Below are positions 30,753-41,511 of a stretch of DNA of 64,000 nucleotides, piece by piece. Each line of letters opens with the position of its first letter. Position 1 is the stretch's first letter. The stretch comes from Bacteroidia bacterium (GTDB lineage: Bacteria > Bacteroidota > Bacteroidia > Bacteroidales > VadinHA17), in NCBI GenBank assembly GCA_026391215.1, contig JAPLDX010000068.1:16879-80878 (forward strand). The letters run 5' to 3'. The translations under genes were made by a program, and so were the position numbers. Below the pieces are notes generated by a model that was given only the letters and a program-made list of their open reading frames with translations, was not told the DNA's origin and did no database searches.

Positions 30753-32444
30753 CTAATAACCCGTATTTTGAACCAGGTTAGGATTAGCTGCCAATTTAGA
30801 TTTGTTAATTGGGAACAAAGAACGATAAGCATCTGATTTCATTACATCTCCAACATTATTAAAGGGGAGTGTCCATTTTGAATTACTGGTCCATAATCCC
30901 CAGCGGATCAGATCCTGACGTCTGTTGTGTTCTGCAAACATTTCACGTCCCATTTCATTGAATAATTCACCTCCGGCAATGGCTGCACTTCCCATATCAA
31001 AACTCAGCTGTCCATCTAACGAAGTAAGATCAACCAAACCGGCCCGTTTTCTGATCTGGTTTACCAATGCCAATGCAGCGGCATCTGTGGGGCTATTGCT
31101 CTTACGCCAGAGCGCTTCTGCTTTCATCAGCATGACATCGGCATAACGGAATACTGCAAGATCATTGCTCATATTACCCGGATCGGATCCTACAGCAAAT
31201 TCCCACTTGCCTATTCTGACTCCAGACTGTCGCCAGCACTGGGGGCCCAGTTCATTTATCTGACCTGCAGTTGAACCTATATTCCCAAAATTAAGAGGTT
31301 TTCCATCAGGATCTCCGGCATCAGCTCCGTCATCAACTACTTTTACTCCTCCGTTCGTGTATTGATAACCTGCAAGGAAATTGCCTCTTTTTCCAGCCGG
31401 AGCTGTAATTGTACCTACATCGCCTCTGCGAAGATCTGTAGCATCGTAGGATTTATAAAATTCCTCAAGCGTACAGAAACCATTCCACGGCTGCTGTGTA
31501 AGATTATAGGTATACTGGCTGCCATAATGCAATGTCTGGCATGCAATGTTGAATCCCTGGAAGAAAATCTGGTCGTAGGGTATAGCAAAGATAAATTCTT
31601 TGGACCCCGAATTGTTCACATTAAAATTTGTAAAATAGTTACTTTCCAGTGAATATTTACCTGAGTTTATAATCTCATCACAAGCTGTGATCACTTTATC
31701 CCACTGTGCAGTGCCAGTATATACTGCTGCATTAAGGTATAATTTAGCCAGCAACATCTGTCCTGCATAATAATTCATACGTCCGTAAGTTGTTCCGTCG
31801 ACGGCTTTTGACAGCTTGGGAACAGCTGTTTCCAGATCGCCAACAACAAAAGTGTACACCTCTGATCTTGACTTGGTTGCAGGTGCAGCTTCTCCGCTTG
31901 CGAAATCAGTAACAAGCGGGACATTACCATACATATCAATCAATTGCCAATAAAAGAAACCACGAACAGTCTCGAGTTCCGAAATATAAGCATCTGCTGC
32001 GGCCTGTTCTACCTGTCCGCTCTCAACAAGAGACTGAAACTGGTACATTAACCTGTTTGCAGTATTTACGCCGCTGAAGCAAAAGTCCCATGCACCACCT
32101 GTTGCGCTAACTTCATAATCCCATGAATGTAAATGAAGCTTTCTCCAGTTACCTCCATCATCCCAGTCCGATCCTCTGGTAGGAACAGCCATCTCATCAG
32201 TAGTGACCTCCTGTAAACTAAACATATCACCAGAAGCATAACCTCCAAACTGAGTATAAGCAGCGCCTAACGCTGAAACAAATTCTTTCTCTGATTTGAA
32301 GAAATTGTCGGGTGTTACCTCGCTGTAAAGAGTTTCATCCAATTTGGTGCACGACTGACTAAAAGCAATTACTATAATTGCAGTTAATGTTACTTTTATC
32401 AGAAGTATTGATTTTTTCATCATATTTCTTACTATTGTTTTCAT
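30753..32444 (-). CDS. susD: SusD/RagB family glycan-binding lipoprotein
   Basis: Lipobox SQSC; TTDE..VPTRGSDWDDGG, YGNVPL, LAKLYLNA, FRYADV, RRQDLIRWG, NPNLVQN. Confidence 0.93.
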   Translation of the reverse strand: MKTIVRNMMKKSILLIKVTLTAIIVIAFSQSCTKLDETLYSEVTPDNFFKSEKEFVSALGAAYTQFGGYASGDMFSLQEVTTDEMAVPTRGSDWDDGGNWRKLHLHSWDYEVSATGGAWDFCFSGVNTANRLMYQFQSLVESGQVEQAAADAYISELETVRGFFYWQLIDMYGNVPLVTDFASGEAAPATKSRSEVYTFVVGDLETAVPKLSKAVDGTTYGRMNYYAGQMLLAKLYLNAAVYTGTAQWDKVITACDEIINSGKYSLESNYFTNFNVNNSGSKEFIFAIPYDQIFFQGFNIACQTLHYGSQYTYNLTQQPWNGFCTLEEFYKSYDATDLRRGDVGTITAPAGKRGNFLAGYQYTNGGVKVVDDGADAGDPDGKPLNFGNIGSTAGQINELGPQCWRQSGVRIGKWEFAVGSDPGNMSNDLAVFRYADVMLMKAEALWRKSNSPTDAAALALVNQIRKRAGLVDLTSLDGQLSFDMGSAAIAGGELFNEMGREMFAEHNRRQDLIRWGLWTSNSKWTLPFNNVGDVMKSDAYRSLFPINKSKLAANPNLVQNTGY

Positions 32445-32462
32445 GTCTTTAAATTTTCAGGA

Positions 32463-35400
32463 TTAAAAAACAAAGTTTGCACCAAAAGTTACAGATCTGG
32501 TTCTGAACCATTCACTCCTTCTGTCGACACCAGGTACGAGCGTACTGCCATATGTTCCAAGATCTGTGGCACTATCTGTGTATCTCGGGTTAGGATCCAC
32601 ACCTTTATACTTGGTGATATAGAATAAATTATTACCGCCAAGGTAAACCCTTATTTTACTGAACTGGCCGCTCTTTGGTAAATTGAAATTATACCCTACA
32701 CTCATGTTATCGAGAGAAACAAAGTCAGCATTTTCAACATCTTTGCTTGACAAAGTACCTGAAGAGACGTTCAGAAGTTTTCCTGTCGAACTTCTCATAT
32801 CAGTAGTTGAATTTGGCAGGTTATATGATGTGATATAATTCGGCACTTCAAAGAATCCACGGAAAGAGTTAATAAGATCATGTCCGAATACGCCACGGAA
32901 GAATACATTCAGATCCCAGTTTTTATAATTAAGTGTATTGCCAAATCCAGTCTGGAACTTGGGCAAACCGTTTCCAGTCACCGTCCTGTCAGATGCACCG
33001 ATACTTCCATCTCCGTCTACATCTTTAAATATAAATTTACCATCGTCATCAATTCCCTCGTATACATATGTAAGTATCTGACCTAAAGGTTTACCTTCTT
33101 CCACTCTTGTTAATGGTGTCTGATTTTGTCCTGGCGAACCCATATCACCCAGATCCTGTACTCCATAACTCAAATCAGCACCATTGAAAGTGCCTGAAAG
33201 TGATACCAGTGTGTTCCCAAGACTGTATGATGGAGTAACTGTTACGCTGTAGGAAAAATCTTGTTTTTCAACAGCATGCCAGGTCAGTGTCAATTCCAAG
33301 CCGCTGCTTTTTAATTTTCCAAGGTTCATCCATGCCTGATTATAAAGGTTTGGTGGAACCGGCACTCCATATTGCCACAACAGGTCAGTAGTCGTTCTGG
33401 TATAAAAGTCAAATGCACCGGAAACCCTTGATTTGAACAATGCGAAATCAAATCCGGCATCTATTTCACCTTTCTTTTCCCATTTAAGATCAGTATTTGC
33501 ATTACTTACAGGTGAATAGCCAGGGACGAATGCTCCGTTATAGAAGAAATTACCCGAAGGGCCCATGCGAAGCAATGATAAATAACTGCTTGGCGGCTCG
33601 GCTCCTGTAACACCATAACTGGCTCTCAATTTAAGGTTGTCAACAAAACTGAGGTTTACTAATCTGGATAGATCCACTCCTCCTCCAATTGATGGGAATA
33701 TACCCCACTTACTATCAGCACCGAACCTTGAGGAGCCTTCATACCTTGCGCTGGCGGTCAAAAACCATGTACTGTTAATATTCAGGTTGACACGTCCAAA
33801 GAATGCAATCAGTTTATGGTCGTTCTTATAACTGGTTATTGTTCCTTTACCATTTTTGAAATCGAGGGCAGCATTAAGATTATTATATGTGAAATTGTCG
33901 GTAAGAAAATCACCTCCCTCAGCATAAAAACCTTCATAAGTAAAATCCTGATATGAATAACCACCAAGGACTGTCAGGTTTGTACCTGCTGTCACATCAC
34001 CTGTCCAATGTGCTGTTGATTCAAAAAGCCGGCTGAAAGAAGAATTTGCACTCCTTGAAGCTAAGCCAGTCCTGTTCATCCCTCCCCAGTAATCATTTTT
34101 ATCATAATATGTACCCCCGAGATCATCAGAACTCTGGATAGCATAAAAAGCATCAAGAGTCAATCCTTTGATGATTTCATAGGCACCTTTTAATGAAAGA
34201 TTCATCATTCTGGATTGTCCGTCATTTTTATTTAACTCTAGGATTGCAACAGGGTTATAGTAATCAAACAGCACCTGTTGAAAATATCCATCGTATTTAT
34301 CATAAAGTGCATCATCACTTTTTACAGGAGCAGTCGGATTATATTGTGTGGCATATCTGAATGCAGCAGGAAAACCATATTGTGATTCCCTTTGCGTAGC
34401 CCCCAGATTCACATCAAAGGTAAGCTTATCATTCAATGCTTTTTGTGTAAGATTGATCCTTCCGTTTAACTGTTTGAATCCAGTCGTACGCATAACACCT
34501 TCACCATTATGATAATTGATTGAAGCCCGGTAATTTGATTTATCAGTTCCTCCCGATAACGAAAGATTATGTACCTGTGTCAGGGCTGTCTGTTCAATCT
34601 CCTTGAACCAGTCAGTACTTTCGCCAAAGTCTGTTCCAATAGTGTTCGAGTACTCCTGATTAATTTCAGTCTTCAATGCCCTCCATTCTGTAGCAGTCAT
34701 CACAGGGTAATTCTTTGCAACCATTTCAGCAGTACCATAAACATTGTACTCGATGACGGATGTACCTTTTTTGCCCTGCTTGGTAGTAACCAGAATTACG
34801 CCGCTGGAACCCCTTGTTCCATAAATAGATGCAGCAGAACCATCCTTTAAAACGCTCATGGATTCAATATCATTCGGATCCACATTTTCAAGAGAACCCC
34901 CGACAACGCCATCAATAACAACAAGAGGCTGGGTATTTGCACCAATGGTACTCAAACCCCTCAGGCGTATAGTATACCCTCCATTCGGGTCCCCGCCAGC
35001 TTTACTGACGGACAAACCTGCCACCTTACCAACTATAAGCTGTTCAGGTGTGTTGAGGTTACCCTTGTTAAACTCATCAGATTTTACACTGGAAATGGCA
35101 CTCGTAATCTCTTTCTTCTTCTGTGTGCCATATCCTGTAACCACAACTTCTCCAAGTGTACTTGTCTCAGGAACCAGTACCACATTGAATGTAGACTGAC
35201 TACCTACAGCCACCTGCTGAGAAGTATAGCCGATAAATGAAAAAACCAGGACTGCTTCCGATCCCGGAACCGGAATACTGAAATTACCTTCAGCATCACT
35301 TATCGCCCCGGTCATTGTTCCCTGAACAACAATGTTCACTCCGGCTAGCGCACCCTCTGTCTCAGAAGTTACTTTACCTGTAACTGTTCTTTGTTGAGCG

Positions 35401-35486
35401 CTGGCTAAGCTAACCGCGAAGTATAAAAGGAAAATAGATAATATCCATTTCCTCCATGAGAATAAATAATTTTTAAAAGTTCCCAT
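32463..35486 (-). CDS. susC: SusC/RagA TonB-dependent transporter
   Basis: N-terminal CarboxypepD-like domain, EVVVTGYGTQKK, VLKDGSAASIYGTRG, NTDLKWE, C-terminal F. Confidence 0.95.
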   Translation of the reverse strand: MGTFKNYLFSWRKWILSIFLLYFAVSLASAQQRTVTGKVTSETEGALAGVNIVVQGTMTGAISDAEGNFSIPVPGSEAVLVFSFIGYTSQQVAVGSQSTFNVVLVPETSTLGEVVVTGYGTQKKKEITSAISSVKSDEFNKGNLNTPEQLIVGKVAGLSVSKAGGDPNGGYTIRLRGLSTIGANTQPLVVIDGVVGGSLENVDPNDIESMSVLKDGSAASIYGTRGSSGVILVTTKQGKKGTSVIEYNVYGTAEMVAKNYPVMTATEWRALKTEINQEYSNTIGTDFGESTDWFKEIEQTALTQVHNLSLSGGTDKSNYRASINYHNGEGVMRTTGFKQLNGRINLTQKALNDKLTFDVNLGATQRESQYGFPAAFRYATQYNPTAPVKSDDALYDKYDGYFQQVLFDYYNPVAILELNKNDGQSRMMNLSLKGAYEIIKGLTLDAFYAIQSSDDLGGTYYDKNDYWGGMNRTGLASRSANSSFSRLFESTAHWTGDVTAGTNLTVLGGYSYQDFTYEGFYAEGGDFLTDNFTYNNLNAALDFKNGKGTITSYKNDHKLIAFFGRVNLNINSTWFLTASARYEGSSRFGADSKWGIFPSIGGGVDLSRLVNLSFVDNLKLRASYGVTGAEPPSSYLSLLRMGPSGNFFYNGAFVPGYSPVSNANTDLKWEKKGEIDAGFDFALFKSRVSGAFDFYTRTTTDLLWQYGVPVPPNLYNQAWMNLGKLKSSGLELTLTWHAVEKQDFSYSVTVTPSYSLGNTLVSLSGTFNGADLSYGVQDLGDMGSPGQNQTPLTRVEEGKPLGQILTYVYEGIDDDGKFIFKDVDGDGSIGASDRTVTGNGLPKFQTGFGNTLNYKNWDLNVFFRGVFGHDLINSFRGFFEVPNYITSYNLPNSTTDMRSSTGKLLNVSSGTLSSKDVENADFVSLDNMSVGYNFNLPKSGQFSKIRVYLGGNNLFYITKYKGVDPNPRYTDSATDLGTYGSTLVPGVDRRSEWFRTRSVTFGANFVF

Positions 35487-35613
35487 CGTAAAAATATTAA
35501 GGTTAGTTATTTATAGGTTTAAGAAAAAATACTTTGTCAAAAAAATGTGCTATTCTGTGCATGATAACTTCAAAGGATTTAAGACAGGTTCAAGGTTTCA
35601 TAATTAGGTTAAT

Positions 35614-35621
35614 CAAATATA
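35614..35621 (-). promoter_or_regulatory. Sigma-A -7 element for susC
   Basis: TATATTTG on the minus strand about 130 bp upstream of the susC start. Confidence 0.55.
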
Positions 35622-35680
35622 GAATTAATTCTGAGATTAAAAACAGATTAAAAAGAAATATTCACGGAATCTGAAACACA

Positions 35681-35699
35681 TTACAGCAAACGTTTGAAA
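35681..35699. promoter_or_regulatory. Candidate LacI-family operator between susC and lacI
   Basis: TTACAGCAAACGTTTGAAA; matches the site at 8311-8329. Confidence 0.7.
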
Positions 35700-35833
35700 T
35701 ACTAATAATAAAAAAAACCTCATTATCCTCCGATTATTCTGTTTAATCTTTACTGAATATTGATTAACAGAATTTTGCTTTGAGGATCATTTTTATTCCT
35801 TTTAGGAAAATATATTTATTTCAACTAACTTGG

Positions 35834-35841
35834 TATTTTTG
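35834..35841 (+). promoter_or_regulatory. Sigma-A -7 element for the LacI gene
   Basis: TATTTTTG 16 bp before the ATG. Confidence 0.55.
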
Positions 35842-35857
35842 AACCTCCGGGAAGATT

Positions 35858-36877
35858 ATGGGAAAGGGACGGGTAACAATTAAGGACATAGCCAGAGAGC
35901 TCGGGATTTCTCCTTCAACGGTATCAAAAGCTTTGAAAGGACATCCTGATATCAGCTCTGCTACAAAAAAGGCAGTAAAGGAGCTTGTTGAAAAATGGAA
36001 TTATAAACCCGATCCTATAGCCCTGAGCCTTAAAGTCGGCCAGAGCAGGACCATAGGTGTGATAGTACCGGAAATAGTTCATTATTTCTTCTCCACAGTG
36101 ATAAGCGGGATTGAAGATATTGCTTATGATTCAGGATATAATGTCCTCTTCTGCCAGTCAAATGAATTATATGAAAGAGAAGTAAAGGCAGTTGAAACTC
36201 TTCTCTCCGGACGGGCTGACGGGATACTTGTCTCTCTGAGCAAAGTGACAGAGAATTTTGATCATTTCAGGAAGATAATGAAAGCAGGGATACCGCTCGT
36301 ATTTTTTGACAGGGTATGTGATGAACTTGAAACAGACAGGGTAATAGTCGATGATGAAAAGGGTGCATATGATGCTACAAATCATCTTATACACACCGGA
36401 TGTTCCAATATCATCCATCTGTCCGGACCACCAAACCTGATAATCGGGAAAAACAGGAAAGCAGGATTTATAAGAGCATTGAAGGAGCATAGAATTCCAA
36501 TCCGGGCCGAAAATATTATTAAGTGTGATACAGCCCCCGAAGCCCGGATCATAGTTCCTGAGATTCTAAAAAGAACCAAGAAACCTGACGGCATTTTTGC
36601 AGTCAATGACCTCACTGCTGCAGAGACCATGAAAATTGTAAAGCTCAATGGGTATAAAGTGCCTGATGATATTTCGATAATCGGATTTACCAGCGGCATG
36701 ATATCTGATCTTACCGATCCTCCTCTTACCTCAGTTCAGCAGCATGGGTACATCGTCGGACAGGAAGCAGTAAACTTACTCATAAAGAATATTGAAAACA
36801 GAAACGAGATACCTTTTCAGACAAAGGTGATCAAAACAGAACTTGTCATTAAAGGATCAACCAGAAAGGTGCTGTAA
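35858..36877 (+). CDS. LacI/GalR family transcriptional regulator
   Basis: VTIKDIARELGISPSTVSKAL HTH, IGVIVP, PLVFFDR, VPDDISIIGF, PPLTSV. Confidence 0.96.
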   Translation: MGKGRVTIKDIARELGISPSTVSKALKGHPDISSATKKAVKELVEKWNYKPDPIALSLKVGQSRTIGVIVPEIVHYFFSTVISGIEDIAYDSGYNVLFCQSNELYEREVKAVETLLSGRADGILVSLSKVTENFDHFRKIMKAGIPLVFFDRVCDELETDRVIVDDEKGAYDATNHLIHTGCSNIIHLSGPPNLIIGKNRKAGFIRALKEHRIPIRAENIIKCDTAPEARIIVPEILKRTKKPDGIFAVNDLTAAETMKIVKLNGYKVPDDISIIGFTSGMISDLTDPPLTSVQQHGYIVGQEAVNLLIKNIENRNEIPFQTKVIKTELVIKGSTRKVL

Positions 36878-36893
36878 AAAAGAAAAAAAACCT

Positions 36894-36901
36894 TATTTTT
36901 G
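36894..36901 (+). promoter_or_regulatory. Sigma-A -7 element for gcvH
   Basis: TATTTTTG about 30 bp before the ATG. Confidence 0.5.
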
Positions 36902-36930
36902 GCTCAATAGTAATTTTAAAACTGATCATT

Positions 36931-37305
36931 ATGAACATACCGGCAGATCTTTTGTATACCAAGGACCATGAATGGCTTCGCGTTGAAGGAGATATGGGCT
37001 ACGTGGGAATAACCGACTTTGCCCAGGGAGAACTGGGAGATGTTGTTTTCGTAGAGATAGAAACTCTAGGAGAAACCCTTAAGAAAGAGGAGGTCTTTGG
37101 AACCATCGAAGCAGTAAAAACAGTTTCGGATATGTTTATGCCGGTGGGAGGAGAGATACTTGAAGTAAATCCTTCTATTGAAGAATCACCTGTCGTAGTA
37201 AACAAGGATCCTTACGGGAAAGGCTGGATGGTAAAAATTAAAATAACAGATCCTGCTGAAATCAGTACACTGCTCTCAGCAGATAAGTACAAAACACTTT
37301 TATAA
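36931..37305 (+). CDS. gcvH: Glycine cleavage system H protein
   Basis: [23 protein letters not shown], lipoyl motif [16 protein letters not shown]. Confidence 0.97.
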   Translation: MNIPADLLYTKDHEWLRVEGDMGYVGITDFAQGELGDVVFVEIETLGETLKKEEVFGTIEAVKTVSDMFMPVGGEILEVNPSIEESPVVVNKDPYGKGWMVKIKITDPAEISTLLSADKYKTLL

Positions 37306-40206
37306 GGTTTTCTTGATCTCGAATTCCTGGTAGCCTTCAACGATATCACCTGCTTTTATGTCGTTGAAATTCTGAATGTTAAGCCCGCATTCATACCCGC
37401 CAACGACTTCCTTGACATCATCCTTGAATCGTTTGAGCGAACCGAGTTCCCCTGTATATATAACAATACCATCGCGTATTAAACGCACTCTGGTATTTCG
37501 TGTGATCTTTCCTTCCTTGACATAACATCCGGCAACCGTGCCAACTTTAGTGACCTTAAAGATCTCGCGTATTTCCAGGGTGGCGACAATCTCTTCTTTG
37601 ACCTCCGGAGAGAGCATCCCTTCCATAGCTGCCCTGATCTCCTCAATGGCATTGTATATAATTGAATAGAGACGGACATCAATCTCCTCCTTCTCGGCAA
37701 GCTTGCGTGCTGCCATTGATGGGCGAACCTGGAATCCTACTATAATTGCGTTGGATGCTGCAGCGAGCAGAATATCCGATTCTGAGATCTGGCCAACAGC
37801 TTTATGAATAATATTCAGCTGTATTTCAGGTGTTGACAGCTTGATAAGCGAATCGCTCAGAGCTTCAATTGATCCGTCAACGTCACCTTTTACGATAATA
37901 TTAAGTTCCTGGAAATTGCCAATGGCAATCCTTCTTCCTATTTCGTCAAGGGTAATATGCTTCTGCGTACGCAGTCCCTGTTCTCTCTGTAGCTGTGATC
38001 TCTTTGTGGCTATATCCTTTGCTTCCCTGTCGCTGTCCATTACATTGAATTTGTCACCGGCCTGGGGAGCGCCGTTGAGTCCTAGAACAAGAGCGGGTGT
38101 TGCCGGGCCGACTTCGTCAACCTTATTGCCTCTTTCATTGTACATAGCCTTTATATGTCCGAAGCTGGCTCCTGCCAGAAGTACATCACCAACCCTCAGC
38201 GTCCCGGCTTTTACGAGAATGGTTGCTGTGAATCCGCGGCCTTTATCAAGGGATGATTCCACAACTGTGCCAATTGCAGGCTTGTCGGGATTAGCCTTTA
38301 GATCAAGCATCTCAGCTTCGAGCAGTACTTTTTCAAGCAGAAGCTCAATATTGAGCCCGGTTTTTGCAGATATCTCCTGTGACTGGTATTTGCCTCCCCA
38401 GTCCTCAACCAGGTAATTCATATTTGCAAGAGCCTCCTTTATTTTCTCAGGATTTGAGGTAGGCTTATCAATCTTGTTGATCGCGAATACAATAGGTACT
38501 CCAGCGGCTGAAGCATGGTTGATGGCTTCTATTGTCTGCGGCATTACACCGTCATCAGCGGCCACAACAATAATAGCTATGTCGGTGATCTGTGCTCCGC
38601 GGGCACGCATTGCAGTGAAGGCCTCATGTCCGGGTGTATCCAGGAATGTTATCTGACGGCCGTCATCAAGCTTCACAGCGTAGGCTCCTATATGCTGTGT
38701 AATTCCGCCTGCCTCACCCGCGATCACATTTGTACGGCGTATATAGTCGAGCAATTTTGTTTTGCCATGATCGACATGTCCCATGACTGTTACTATCGGT
38801 GGCCTGGGCTTAAGATCTTCGTCTTCATCATCTGACTCCCTCACAGCTTCCTGAAGCTCAGCACTTACAAATTCTACCTTATAACCGAATTCATCGGCAA
38901 GAAGTGCCATTGTTTCTGCATCAAGACGCTGATTTATTGAAACGAAAAGCCCGAGGTTCATACATGTAGAGATAATGTCTGTAACCGGGGTATTCATCAT
39001 AATCGCCAGCTCATTTACCGACACGAATTCCGTAACCTTGAGGATATTCTTTTCCAATTCAATTCTGTCCTCGTCCTCGCGATGCTTCTGACTTATTGCT
39101 TCTCTCTTTTCCCTGCGGTATCTTGAACCCTTTGATTTGCCTTTTGTAGTAAGCCTCGCAAGCGTTTCCTTTATCTGCTTCTGTACTTCCTCTTCATCTA
39201 CCTCAACCCTTACAGGTCTTTTCTTCAGGATTTTCTTGCCGCCTTTTTCTTTTTTATCGCCCAGGTCAGGCTTGACTGCTGAAACCTGGTCTTTTTCCTT
39301 GGTGATCCTTTTCCTTCTTTTCTTCCTTCTGAAATCGCTCTCACTATTCACCTTTACCGGCTGGTATGGAGCAGGTTTCCTCTTTTCCTCCACAGGGAGG
39401 TTTATTCTCCCCACGACTGTAGGTCCGGTAATTTTCTGATAACCTGGCCTGAAAACTTCTATTATTTCCTCCTGTTCGGGGATTAAATCTGCTTCCGGGA
39501 TTTCCAGATCTGGTGCAGCTTGTGATACAGGCTCTTCTACAGTCTCCCTCTCTTTTTTTGATGGAGCTTTCTTTTCTTCTTCAACGACAGGTTCTTTTTC
39601 CTTGGTCTTCTCTTTTTTGGCAGGCTTAGCATCTTTGGTTACTGTACCAGGTTCAGCTTCACCTTTAGTATCTGAAGCTGAACGGCTCTTCTTTTCTTCA
39701 GCTGCACCTGTCTTTTCCGCAGCGGCCTTCTTCTGTTCATCCTTTTCAGGTTCAGCACTTTTTGCTGCTTCCTGTTTTGATGGTGCCGGTTTTTCTGTTT
39801 TGGGTATCTTTTCCAGATCAATCTTTCCGACAAGCTTTATGTCAGGCTTTTTGATCTCTGTTTTGATATCGACACCTTTCTTTATTCCTGAAGAATCTAT
39901 AACAAGCATCTCTTCTTCACGGTCAGTATCTTCAGACTGGGCTTTTTCCGGTACATCATCAATTGAAACGGTTTCTTTCTTCCGATGCAGATCTTTGAGG
40001 GCAAGCTTTTCAGATTCTTTCTTGACGCTTAAATCAGAGCTGTATTCTTTCAACAGCATAAGGTATGCTTCATGAGGAAGCTTTGTATTGGGATTTGGAT
40101 CGATTTCAATACCTTTCTTATGGAGGAATTCGATCATTGTGGAAATCCCTACATTGAACTCCTTGGCAGCTTTACTTAACCGTGTCGCCTTTACGTCCTC
40201 TGTCAT
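37300..40206 (-). CDS. infB: Translation initiation factor IF-2
   Basis: [41 protein letters not shown]; stop codons abut gcvH in a shared TTATAA. Confidence 0.98.
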   Translation of the reverse strand: MTEDVKATRLSKAAKEFNVGISTMIEFLHKKGIEIDPNPNTKLPHEAYLMLLKEYSSDLSVKKESEKLALKDLHRKKETVSIDDVPEKAQSEDTDREEEMLVIDSSGIKKGVDIKTEIKKPDIKLVGKIDLEKIPKTEKPAPSKQEAAKSAEPEKDEQKKAAAEKTGAAEEKKSRSASDTKGEAEPGTVTKDAKPAKKEKTKEKEPVVEEEKKAPSKKERETVEEPVSQAAPDLEIPEADLIPEQEEIIEVFRPGYQKITGPTVVGRINLPVEEKRKPAPYQPVKVNSESDFRRKKRRKRITKEKDQVSAVKPDLGDKKEKGGKKILKKRPVRVEVDEEEVQKQIKETLARLTTKGKSKGSRYRREKREAISQKHREDEDRIELEKNILKVTEFVSVNELAIMMNTPVTDIISTCMNLGLFVSINQRLDAETMALLADEFGYKVEFVSAELQEAVRESDDEDEDLKPRPPIVTVMGHVDHGKTKLLDYIRRTNVIAGEAGGITQHIGAYAVKLDDGRQITFLDTPGHEAFTAMRARGAQITDIAIIVVAADDGVMPQTIEAINHASAAGVPIVFAINKIDKPTSNPEKIKEALANMNYLVEDWGGKYQSQEISAKTGLNIELLLEKVLLEAEMLDLKANPDKPAIGTVVESSLDKGRGFTATILVKAGTLRVGDVLLAGASFGHIKAMYNERGNKVDEVGPATPALVLGLNGAPQAGDKFNVMDSDREAKDIATKRSQLQREQGLRTQKHITLDEIGRRIAIGNFQELNIIVKGDVDGSIEALSDSLIKLSTPEIQLNIIHKAVGQISESDILLAAASNAIIVGFQVRPSMAARKLAEKEEIDVRLYSIIYNAIEEIRAAMEGMLSPEVKEEIVATLEIREIFKVTKVGTVAGCYVKEGKITRNTRVRLIRDGIVIYTGELGSLKRFKDDVKEVVGGYECGLNIQNFNDIKAGDIVEGYQEFEIKKTL

Positions 40207-40255
40207 AGATATGCCCTGTCTTTATAATGACTTCAATAACAAAACTTTAATAATA

Positions 40256-41494
40256 TCATTCAAATTCAGCTTTAAGGATGTTTACAACTTCCTTAACGGT
40301 TTCCTCTTCAAGATCGGTTCTCTTAACAAGATCGCTTATAGAAAGGTTGAGAACGCTTCTGGCTGTGTCGCATCCGATAGCTTTAAGCTCATCGATGATC
40401 CATTCTTCAATCTCATCACTGAATTCCTCGAGTTTGACATCTTCCTCATCCTCACCTCCCGGCTCCCTGTACACATCAATCTCATAACCGGTCAGCTGAC
40501 TTGCAAGCTTAATATTAAGACCTCCTTTTCCTATAGCGAGGGATACTTCACTCGGTTTAAGATAGATCTCGGCTCTTTTCGTATCTTCAATGAGCTTTAT
40601 TGATGTGATTTTTGCCGGACTGAGAGCTCTCTGTATAAAGAGCTGGTTATTGGCGGTATAGTTTATGACATCAATATTTTCATTACGGAGTTCCCTTACA
40701 ATGCCATGTATTCTTGATCCTTTCATACCAACACAGGCGCCTACCGGGTCGATCCTTTCATCATATGATTCCACTGCAACTTTGGCCCGTTCACCCGGAA
40801 CCCTGACAATCTTCTTTATAGTGATAAGCCCATCGAATATCTCAGGTACTTCAAGCTCGAAAAGCCTTTCAAGGAATACAGGTGAAGTACGGCTGAGAAT
40901 TATGAAAGGTGTGTTATTCCTCATTTCAACCTTAATGACAACAGCTCTTATGGAGTCGCCTTTCCTGAAATGATCGGAAGGTATCTGTTCGCTTTTGGGT
41001 ATAATAAGCTCATTCCCGTCATCATCAAGAACTAGGATCTCTCTTTTCCAGACCTGGTAAACCTCACCGGTGACGATCTCGCCGATCCGATCCTTGTACT
41101 TCATGTAGATGTTGTTCTTTTCAAGATCCAGGATACGCGCTGTAAGATTTTGTCGCAGCGACAAAATTGCCCTTCTTCCGAAATCGAGGAACTTAACCTC
41201 ATCCGAGACCTCTTCGCCTACTTCATAGTCATCATCAATTTTCTTGGCTTCTGAAAGCGGTATCTGAGTTATGGGGTCGGTAATCTCATCGTCATTGACA
41301 ACAGTTCTGTTACGCCATATTTCGAAGTCGCCTTTATCGATATTGACAATAATGTCGAAATTATCTGCCGATCCGTACCTTTTGGCAAGCATACCTCTGA
41401 AAACATCCTCCAGAACGCTCATCATTGTCGGGCGATCAATATTTTTCAGCTCTTTAAATTCCGAAAAAGTGTCGATCAAATTAATATTTTCCAT
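40256..41494 (-). CDS. nusA: Transcription termination/antitermination factor NusA
   Basis: FELEVPEI, PGERAKVAV, DPVGACVGMKGSRI, AIGKGGLNIKLAS. Confidence 0.98.
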   Translation of the reverse strand: MENINLIDTFSEFKELKNIDRPTMMSVLEDVFRGMLAKRYGSADNFDIIVNIDKGDFEIWRNRTVVNDDEITDPITQIPLSEAKKIDDDYEVGEEVSDEVKFLDFGRRAILSLRQNLTARILDLEKNNIYMKYKDRIGEIVTGEVYQVWKREILVLDDDGNELIIPKSEQIPSDHFRKGDSIRAVVIKVEMRNNTPFIILSRTSPVFLERLFELEVPEIFDGLITIKKIVRVPGERAKVAVESYDERIDPVGACVGMKGSRIHGIVRELRNENIDVINYTANNQLFIQRALSPAKITSIKLIEDTKRAEIYLKPSEVSLAIGKGGLNIKLASQLTGYEIDVYREPGGEDEEDVKLEEFSDEIEEWIIDELKAIGCDTARSVLNLSISDLVKRTDLEEETVKEVVNILKAEFE

Positions 41495-41511
41495 CTGGTA
41501 TTAACCTATTT

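Noticed and set aside
39100-39900. K/E/P/A-rich low-complexity stretch in IF-2
   Set aside because: Normal variable N-terminal linker of IF-2
37841-40603. Long plus-strand ORFs opposite infB/nusA, and similar shadows opposite sprA, VCBS and susC genes
   Set aside because: Antisense shadows of conserved genes with no recognisable motifs
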